DNA of 63,952 bases, counting the filler, from Octopus bimaculoides (Eukaryota): assembly GCF_001194135.2 (NCBI RefSeq). It is 4 parts of 4 records of this genome, joined end to end, with 100 filler letters (N's around TTAATTAATTAA, not from the genome) between each part and the next. Parts side by side here need not be neighbours in the genome. Positions count along the whole stretch, not along the records: positions 1 to 27,813 come from NC_069005.1; 3 more parts are not named here. One strand, written 5' to 3'. The notes under the pieces were generated by a model. The model was given only the letters and a program-made list of their open reading frames with translations. It had not been told where the DNA came from and did no database searches. The stretch's first letter is position 1, and each line of letters begins with the position of its first letter. The position numbers and the translations under genes were made by a program. Below are positions 13,601-24,217 of this stretch, one piece after another.

Positions 13601-16067
13601 TAATCAGTAACACACTTAGTCACAAAAACAAAGGAATGTGGATTCGAGTCCCACACATATGCAAAAACCTACTTTTTTTCTGTCAAGGGCTTATATGCCC
13701 CATTATTAGACTATTTTCCTTAGTCGTTGCACGGTGATCGCTATAAGCTTTAAGCTTATAAAATACTATTATTAGTATTTACAGAACTGCAAAACTCGGC
13801 ACTACTTAACAAAACCATTCGCATATATATACACACACACATGCACATATCAAATCCCCTCACAAGGCTTTTGGTCAGCCTAGGTTTATAGTAAAAACAC
13901 TTGTCAAAGGTGCCACACAGTGGGACTGAACCCAGAACCAAGTGGCTGGAAAGCAAAATTCTTACCACACAGCCATGGCTGCACCTATTTACATAACTAC
14001 TCCATTAAACTTACCTGTTTGACAGGTGCTACCTGTGTAACCAGCTGCACATCCCCCACTAGAACAGACTCCAGTTTCAGCAAAGCATTTACTGATGTCA
14101 GCACAATGGCATATGCCTGCACAGTTGGCACCAAATTTCCCTGCTGCACATTCTATAAAGTAAAAGCAGAAAGGAAGTTATGAAGTTTCATTTCATCAAT
14201 TATTTGTGACAAACTGACGTTCAACTTAACAATATTCAGGGCAAGGATTAACTTTTTAGGATTCAAACCAGCCATATTAATAATATTAGTACTTGATGAA
14301 AACTCTCAGCTGGGTATGATGGAAAGTGTCAGCTTCTCATAGCTGACACTTGTTTACTGGTCATAATTCAAGAACCCTGCAGAGAACTCTTGCAGGTCCA
14401 AGCAATGCTGGCTTTTGTAGGAATTCTATCTTTACATTTCGAGCCATGCTGGTAGTTGAGCGCTGATATTTCCAAGCGAACCAATCACTACTGGTATCAT
14501 GTCCACTTTTTCCATTGCCCACAGCTTACATATTTTCCATTTCAGTTCATTACTATTATTGTTGTTGTTGTTGTCGTAATTGTCATTGTTGTTATTTTTT
14601 TTTATCATCATCATCATTATTATTATTATGATTATTATTGGCCCTCGTGCCGGTGGCACGTAAAAGCACCCACTACACTCTCTGAGTGGTTGGCATTAGG
14701 AAGGGCATCCAGTTGTAGAAACTCTGCCAAATCAGATTGGAGCCTGGTGTAGCCATCTGGTTTCACCAGTCCTCAATCATATCGTCCAACCCATGCCAGC
14801 ATGGAAAGCGGACGTTAAACGATGATTATTATTATTATTATTATTATTATCATTATTTATTGTCTTTGCACAGCTTCTAATGCTGGAGATGTACCACGGT
14901 GTCAGCTGTTCACTACCAGTGAACGAAGGTACTACCCCTTATTTTTCGACTACCATCTGAAGTATTTGAGTGGTTCCAAGCAATGCTGTTCGTCGTCGTC
15001 GTCATCGTCGTTGGCGTCGGCGTCATTATTATTATTATTCAACATTTGGTAGTTTCAGGGCCAGTGCCCCTGGACTGGCTCTTGTGCGGGTGGCACATAA
15101 AAGACACCATTTCGAGCGTGGCCGTTTTCGTGCGGGTGACACGTAAAAGCACCCACTACACTCTCTGAGTGGTTGGCGTTAGGAAGGGCATCCAGCTGTA
15201 GAAACTCTGCCAAATTGGATGGGAGCCTGGTGTTGCCATCCAGTTTCACCAGTCCTCAGTTAAATCGTCCAACCCATGCTAGCATGGAAAGCGGACGTTA
15301 AACGACGTTGATGATGATGATGATTTGGTAGTTTCAGGCAATTTTGTACTGCATGACCTGCTATACTTCCTTGTTGCTGGTGTATATGTGTAGCATTGTA
15401 TGTTCTTTTTTGTTGTTGGGGAGTGTGAACTCTTCCCATTAATTGTATTGCGTCAGTTTCATTTTTTTTTAATGAGGTGTGGTGCAGCCTTTAGTTGTAT
15501 TACTGTGTGTGTTGTGTGTGCATGTAATGTGTTGGGTATCGGTCTGCTAATAGAAGTTTATTGAATAGAATATTTCCTCTATGTTTAGTGTTTTGTGTTT
15601 GTGGATTGTTTTGTTTAGTTTGTATTATTGAATTGATAATGTCTTGCATAGGATGTGGGTTTCCAAGTGCACCAATTACTATTGGTATCACGTCTACTCT
15701 CTTCATTGGCCACAACCTTCGTATTTCCTGCTTTAAATCATAACAGCTGTTTATTTTTTTCTTCTCCTTTCACATTGATCCTGTTGTCATCGGGGAAATG
15801 CTATGCCGATTAATCATACATGTTCTTTCTTTTTTATTCACCTGAACAATGTCTGGTTTCTGATGTCTGGTTTCTGATGTCTGGTTTCTGATGTCTGGTT
15901 AGGTGATTGCACCGGATCACTGCATCCCACAGGATTTTGCAATTCTCAATTTCAGTGACTCCTTCTGGAGTTTTCTCATACTATGTCTTTGCTCTTTATT
16001 TCCACAGAGCTTCCAATGGATCATTCTTGCCACATTATCATAGCACCTTTTGTATTCACATTGTGCC

Positions 16068-16104
<37 letters not shown>

Positions 16105-17030
16105 GTAATAATAATAATTATTATTATTATTTTAAAAGGATTGATGTAACTCTTCACAAATGTAAACAGTCAAGATGAAGAGCGCGATTCGATTGTAATA
16201 GATATTTTATTACTCACTTTACTCTTTTACTTGTTTCAGTCATTTAACTGTGGCCATGCTGGAGCACCGCCTTTAGTCGAGCAAATCAACTCCAGGACTT
16301 ATTCTTTGTTAGCCTAGTACTTATTTTATCGGTTTCTTTTGCAGAACTNNNNNNNNNNNNNNNNNNNNNNNNNNNNNNNNNNNNNNNNNNNNNNNNNNNN
16401 NNNNNNNNNNNNNNNNNNNNNNNNNNNNNNNNNNNNNNNNNNNNNNNNNNNNNNNNNNNNNNNNNNNNNNNNNNNNNNNNNNNNNNNNNNNNNNNNNNNN
16501 NNNNNNNNNNNNNNNNNNNNNNNNNNNNNNNNNNNNNNNNNNNNNNNNNNNNNNNNNNNNNNNNNNNNNNNNNNNNNNNNNNNNNNNNNNNNNNNNNNNN
16601 NNNNNNNNNNNNNNNNNNNNNNNNNNNNNNNNNNNNNNNNNNNNNNNNNNNNNNNNNNNNNNNNNNNNNNNNNNNNNNNNNNNNNNNNNNNNNNNNNNNN
16701 NNNNNNNNNNNNNNNNNNNNNNNNNNNNNNNNNNNNNNNNNNNNNNNNNNNNNNNNNNNNNNNNNNNNNNNNNNNNNNNNNNNNNNNNNNNNNNNNNNNN
16801 NNNNNNNNNNNNNNNNNNNNNNNNNNNNNNNNNNNNNNNNNNNNNNNNNNNNNNNNNNNNNNNNNNNNNNNNNNNNNNNNNNNNNNNTAAGTCTGTCTTT
16901 GTCGAGTTCAAAATAAGAAGGGATAAAAATTCAAAATTATAGAAATTCAAATTTGAAGTATGAACGAAAGCAACCAGCGTCCACATGTTGATGGAATGGC
17001 GTCATCAGTCTTTAAGTTTCAATTTTATAA

Positions 17031-17068
<38 letters not shown>

Positions 17069-20000
17069 GAAAACTTAATAGTATTTCATAATTCCCAATA
17101 AATATGCTATAGAAATCAACAAAGAAGCATCTCAACCTGCAATAAATAGTAGCTGAATCTCCCTCAAATCACATCCTACAGCTTTAACCCTTTAGCATTC
17201 AGATTACTCTGTCAATTATAATGCTTATTCATTCACAAGCTTTTGAATTAATCATACGTTATCTCATAGCTTTGAGATTTCTATGATGTGATTGTTTATT
17301 ATTTTAATGACATTGTCAGGTAGGTGTGAGATGCCAGATATAGCCAGTTAAACCCTTTAGCATTCAGATTACTCTGTCAAATGTAATGCCTACTTATTCA
17401 CATTGTTTTGAATTAATCTTGCATTATTTTGTAACTATGAGATTTAAATGCTGTGACTGTTTGTTTTTAGAATGACATTGTCAGGAAAGTATGAGAGGCC
17501 AGATCTGGACAATTTGAACATAAAACAAGTAGAACATTTTGGGCTGGATATGGCCAGTTGCAATGGAATGCTAAAAGGTTAAATGAATATATTGTCACTG
17601 AACAATGTAGCCTGTGATATTTATCAAAACAAAAAAAAAAAGGGAAAAATATTGACCAAGCCTGCACTTTTGAAATTGATCTGAGTTTAAACAACAATAT
17701 CAACAATGTAAACAAAACAGCAACAGCTCACTGATAGGAATAACAACAATAATTGTAGCAACAACAATAATTGTAGCAACAACAATAATTGTAGCAACAA
17801 CAATAACAACAATAGCAACAGAACAACAGCACAATAACAACAGCAACAATAAACACTACCACGACAATAGCAACAGAAATGGCAACAACAACAATAACAA
17901 AACAATATCAACTGCAACAACAACATTAATAATATCAACAACAACAACATCATCGATAACAGCAACATAACAAAATATAACAATATAAACAACAACAACA
18001 ACAATGACAATAACAACAACAGCCACAACATCAACATTGATGACAACAACAGCAACATAGCAAAAAATAAGAAGATTAACAACAACAACAAGAAAAATAA
18101 CTACAACAGCAACAACAACGACATAACATAAGCAACAAGAACACCACAACAACAACAACAACAGCAGCAGCAACAAAAGGATGAAAGCAAAAAAACGACA
18201 ACAGCGATAACAATAATAAAAGAGTACCAACTTTGACAGACGCCGTTTACAAGAACAAACCCATTGTTGCAACCGTTCAGACATTTGCCTGTGAATTGGT
18301 TACATTGCCTATTCTTACAGGTAGAACAGTGTTCTTTGCATCTGGCACCGTAGAATCCAGGCAGACATTCTGTGGAGATGAAACAAAAAGAAAGAAAAAA
18401 AAAAATTTTTTTGTTTCAAAATACCAAAATAACGAATATCCCCCACTCCCAACCCCTCACCTACAACCTCTTCAATCATAATCCTCATTACTACAACCGC
18501 CGCCACCACCACCATCACCACCGTCATCTTCATCATTATTGTTTTAATATCTGCTTTTCCAGGCTTGTATGGGTCGGATGGAATTTGTCTGCAGATTTTC
18601 TGCAGTTGGATGCCCTTCCTGCCACCAGATCTGTTACTACACTGAACGATTTGTTGGGCTTTTTTTTTTTTAATTTAAACTGATTGGTTTGTAGCTTGAG
18701 GTAAAATTTTTGATATTGTACTAAATGATTTGTAAGGGTTTTTTTGTTGTAATTTCATTTGTAGCTTTAAACCAGTATATTAAAGAGTATATCTATGATA
18801 TTTCAGTGGATTAATTTATAGATTTAGTATTAAGTGCCATAAAAGATATGTCTTAAGTATAAACTATATCACTATATTCATGGTTAAATTTAAGATATAA
18901 GTTACCTTTATATAAAATGATTATAAGTATAAAAATTAAATTTAATAATAATAATAATATATAAATAATTTTATAAAAGGCTCTATCATGATTAAAAACA
19001 TTTCTATTCTAAGTATGTATTTCCAGTTATTTTTCCGTAAGCAATGAATGTATATAAATATATAAACATTGATTTGTAGTGGTATTTTCCTCTGATAAAC
19101 TAAGTAACTTTGTGTTTTTTGTTTGTTACTTACTAAGAGTACTGGTTATATTAGTATGAATAAATAAATTAGAATGATTATTATACAGGGTCTGCCATAA
19201 GTAACTATATATTTTCTTTTGCTTGTAACTTTGTTGATACTTATTCAATTTTTCCATTTCATATGTCATTTGAAAGCTGAAATCTTATATTTTTATTTCT
19301 TTTTTTCCCCCTATTTCAGATATACTGTCATATCGATTATGTCCACCCGATTAACAAGAGAGCAAAAGATTGCAGTTTTGAAATGGTTCTGCACAAAGTT
19401 ATCTGGCTATGCTACAGAAGCTGCTTTTACCGTTTTACCGTTATTACAACAGCAGGATGGAGGAGAGGGTCTGTACTTTCAGCAGGGCGGGGCACCGGCC
19501 CATTATGCTATGCTTGCGCGAGACTGGCTGGACGTCAACCTGCCCTGTCGATGGATTAGCAGGCGAGGACCGCTTGAGTGGCCGTCTCGTTCGCCAGATT
19601 TGACCCCACACAAATTTTCCTGTGGGGCGTTCTCAAAGAGAAAGTCTAATGCCTGCACCTATCATTTTATTATATACATGCATCATGAACATCATTGTTT
19701 GATGTGAACTTTTCCATGCTTGCATGGGTTGGATGGAATTTGTTGAATGTATACTTACGTAGGACCTCCACTTCACACAAGCTAAGATCAGGGCCTTTAA
19801 ACAGGATTATTGTGATTTTACTTCCTTTGGCGGGACTATCACACTGTACATCAATAACTGTAGTTCTCTCAAGATCAGTAAATTTCTTGCATATTCTATT
19901 CACGTTGTTTATGGACACCAAAATTAAAAATGAGAATTTCTCATGCACTGGAAAAGAAAAAAACAGAAAGATAGACAGATACAACAAAAATAGCTCTGTA

Positions 20001-22948
20001 TATGCGCGTATGCATTGTATGTATGTTTGTGTGTGAGTGTATGTGTGAGTGTGTGTGTGAGTGTGTGTGTATGTGAGTGTATGTAAGCATGTATGTGTGA
20101 GTGTGCGAGGCTGTGTGCGAGTGTATGTGTGAGTATGTGAGTGTGCATGTGTGAATGTGTGTGTAGGGGGTGTATGGGTGTGGGCATCTATGATTGTGTG
20201 TGCATGTGGGGCAAAACATTTGTGTGTTTGCATGTGTGTGTGTTTGCATGTGTGTGTGTGTGTGCGTGTGTGTGCGTGTGTATGTGCTGGCGTGTGTATG
20301 TGTGTGTGTGTGTGTGTGCATGGTGACAACTTTCCATAATGAAATCTAAACAGTGACAAATGTCCAAAAGAATAATTCTTTCATTGACTTCCTATGTTAG
20401 CACAAGATTTACATGGAGCTTCGAGAAGATGGAAGTTTAGAGACGGGGCAGCTTAGGGCAGCATTTCTTGTAGTGGGGTATGTGAAAAAAATTCTTGATT
20501 TCTGTGGCACAAGATGTCTTTTAATAATATTTAATACCATAAGGGAGGCGAGCTGGCAGAACCGTTAATATGCTGGGCAAAATGCTTAGCGGTATTTCGT
20601 CTGTCTTTACGTTCAGAGTTCAAATTCTGCCGAGGTTGACTTTGCCTTTCATCCTTTCAGGGTCGATAAATTAAGTACCAGTTGTGTATTGGGGTCGATC
20701 TAATCGACTGGCTCCCTCCCCCAAAATTTCGGGCCTTGTGTCTAGAGCAGAAAAGAATAATATTTAATACAATAAGGGTAGCACGCCGGGTGAAAACATT
20801 AGTGGTATTTCGTCTGCCGTTACATTTTGAGTTCAAATGCCACCAAGGTCGACTTTACCTTTCATCCTTTCGGGGTCGATTAAATAAGTATCAGTTATGC
20901 ACTGGGATCAGTGTAATCGCCTTAATCCCTTTGATCATATTAAGGGCGATTAAGGACCAGGTGGTAGCAATAAGTAGGGGATAATGCAGATTAATATTTG
21001 AAATGTGATAATACAAATTAATATTTGAAATAATCCTTTGTACAATAAGCAAGAGGCCTGAAACTTCATTGGAGGAGTAATCCCCAGTGTGCAGCTGGTA
21101 CTTAATTTTTATCAATCCTGAAAGGATGGAAGGCAAAGTCAACCTTGGTGGAATTTGAACTCAAAGCATAAAACCAGAAGAAATGCTGCTAAACACTTTG
21201 TCCAGTGTGCTCACAATTTGGCCAGCTCACCACCGTAGTATTTGGGGTCGATGAATTAAGTACCAGTTGTGTACTGAGGTTGATCTAATTGACTGGCTTG
21301 CTCCCCCAAAATTTCGGGCCTTGTGCCTAGAGTAGAAAAGAATATTAAGGGGCAGGGAGCTGGCAGAATCGTTAGCACGCTGGTCAAAATGCTTAGCAGT
21401 TAACTCATCTGTCTTCACGTTCTGAGTTCAAATTCCGCTGAGGTCAACTTTGCCTTTCATCCTTTCGGGGGTCGATAAATTAAGTACCAGTTGCGTACTG
21501 AGGTCGATCTAATTTTGGACCTTGTGCCCAGAATAGAAAAGAATATTTGAAATCATAGAAAAATAACTGAAGAAGCAAAAACACTTACCCTCGATATAGT
21601 TGTAATAGATCCTCATTTGCGAAATATCATACGTTTGTTTGAGGTCAACAGTCCAATATGATCTGAGGGTCATTACTGAACGAGAACAAGACCTGTGTAG
21701 TGGGTTTTGATCAAAGTTACCATCCACTGCTAGGCTGGCTCCCATTGAGTAAATTTCATTCCGACAAGTGTTGCCATTTATTGCAGTTACACCATTTACG
21801 CGTGCAGTCGACAACTGTGTAGCGCTTCTACCAATTGCTATATTTTCTAAAATAAAAAGAAAATTCTATGAAAGTCAGTTATTAACCCTTTAGCCATTCG
21901 GGCCAAATTATTCTACCTGTTTTATGTTTAAACTGGCCAGATCTGAACTCTCACACCTACCCAGCAATGTCATTCTAAAAATAAACAATCATAGCATGAA
22001 AATTTCAAAGCTATGAGAACTTATGAAAACAAGACATTTGTACTACAGAACCAGAGCTGTTTTCAGCCGGGTTGGTATCAAAAGGGTTAAAAGAACTATC
22101 CAAACATTGATAAACTAACATCAAAACACATTTTGTGCCTTTCAGATTTCAAATGATCTTTTCTATTCGACCTGACTTCATGGCCCAACAGAGGACTTCA
22201 CAAAGCATTTGCATATATTTTATGTGGTCTGCACAATGCCTTTTCTTTCAAAAAGAGAAATCTTTGTGTTATTTCGCAAATGTACACATGTCTTTGGTAT
22301 TATGTTTTTATCTTTTACTTGTCATTGCATACACACACACCATAGAAATCTTTATAGCAAGCACATCACAATATATAGAAATATACTTACGGTAAGTTAT
22401 TACTTGGCAATCTGGTCCAGTCCATCCTTCTTCACATCCATTTGGACAAGCTCCTGTGTGTTGGTGGCAGTTAGCATCATTTAGACAATGGCATTGCTTG
22501 GAACAACCACTTCCATACCACCCAGACGCACACCCTAAGTTAAAAATAAGGGTCAATCAGATTGATGTGCGGCATTTTAATAAAACATTCTTGTCTATTG
22601 ATTGTTTTTTGTAACAGTGGATCTCGAAGCATACATATAGTATGTAAATATTGCTTCTCAAACTTTGGCACAAGGTCAGAAATTCTGGGGGAGGGATAGG
22701 TTGATTAGATCGACCTCAGTATTCAACTGGTACTTATTCTATTGACCCAGAAACTATGAAAGGTGAATTGACCTTTGTGGAACGTAAAGACAGATGAAAC
22801 GCTCGTTATTTACATTTGACAGATATTTGTCCTCATCTTGTTTGTTGTTAACACAACGTTTCGGCTGATACACCCTCCAGCCTTCGTCAGGTGTCTTGGG
22901 GGAAATTTCGAACCTGTTTTCTCATTCCTAAGGTATTTTTCGATGTTG

Positions 22949-22980
<32 letters not shown>

Positions 22981-24170
22981 GTTATTATTATTATTATTCA
23001 GGTCACTGCCTGGAATCGAACTCGGAATCTTGGGCTTAGTAGTTCGCACTCTTAACCACTACACCATATGCTCGTGGGCATATCCGTCAAATGTAAATAA
23101 TGTAATATAATGTACATAAAACATCATCTCTTAAATGTAGAACCAGATGAAATGCTGCTAAGCATTTTGCCTGGCATGCTAATGGTTCTGCCAGCTCGCT
23201 GCCTTATAGCATGTAATGTAAATACTGACCCCCCCAGTACTCGACTGGTACTTATTTTATCGACCCTGAAATAATGATAAGAAAATCTACCTCGGTGGAG
23301 TTTGAACTCAGAACATAAAGATGAATTAAATGCTGCTTAGCATTTCGCCCAACACACTAACGATTCTGACAGCTTGCCACCTTACAGCATATAAAAACTG
23401 CTTTCAAATTTTGGCACATGACCAGTAAGTTCGGAGGGGATTGGTTAAGTCAATTACATTGACTCCAGTGTTCAAATGGTGCTTATTTCATTGACNNNNN
23501 NNNNNGAATTTGAACTCAGAACGTAAGGACAGATGAGATGCCGCTAAGCATTTTGCCTGGTGTGCTAATGGTTCTGCCAGCTTGTTGCTTTATAGCAGGT
23601 AAATATTGAAGAGCGAAAGAAAACCCCTTTTGGATACAAAAAGATGTCAAAGGCCTCCTGTGGAACTCGGACCCCCCATTCCAAACCTAATATTTATATT
23701 TATATATTATTTGTAGCTTTATGTATCCTTTGAGATCCGCAGTTAAAAAAATAATAAATAAGATAAAATGAAATGAAATAAAATAAAATAAAATAAAGTA
23801 TAACATGTGGGTGAGCTTAGAATTATGTATGAACGTGTGTGCATAAGTGAACGGTGTGTGTGTGTTTGGGTCAGAGTATACATATGGGACCGTGTTTGTA
23901 TGTGTATAAGTAACATAGTACTTGCATTGTGTGGAGTGATGTGCATTTCGCATATTTGTGTGCGTGTGTGTGTGTTTCAGTGTGTGTGTGTGTGTGTGTG
24001 TGTGTGGTGTGGGTGCTGGGAGGTGTTGGGTGCAAGTGTGTATGGAGGGAGAAGGTGTGTGTGAGTGCATGTACATGTGAGTGTGGGTGGGGGTGTGCCT
24101 AATGGTGTGTGGTGTGAGTAATGAATTGAACAGTATGTATGAGTGTTTGTATAATGGTGGGTGGAGTGAG

Positions 24171-24217
<47 letters not shown>

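Noticed and set aside
19219-19707. 162-aa ORF as an active transposase or host gene
   Set aside because: Internally deleted mariner with mutated catalytic residues and no right TIR found
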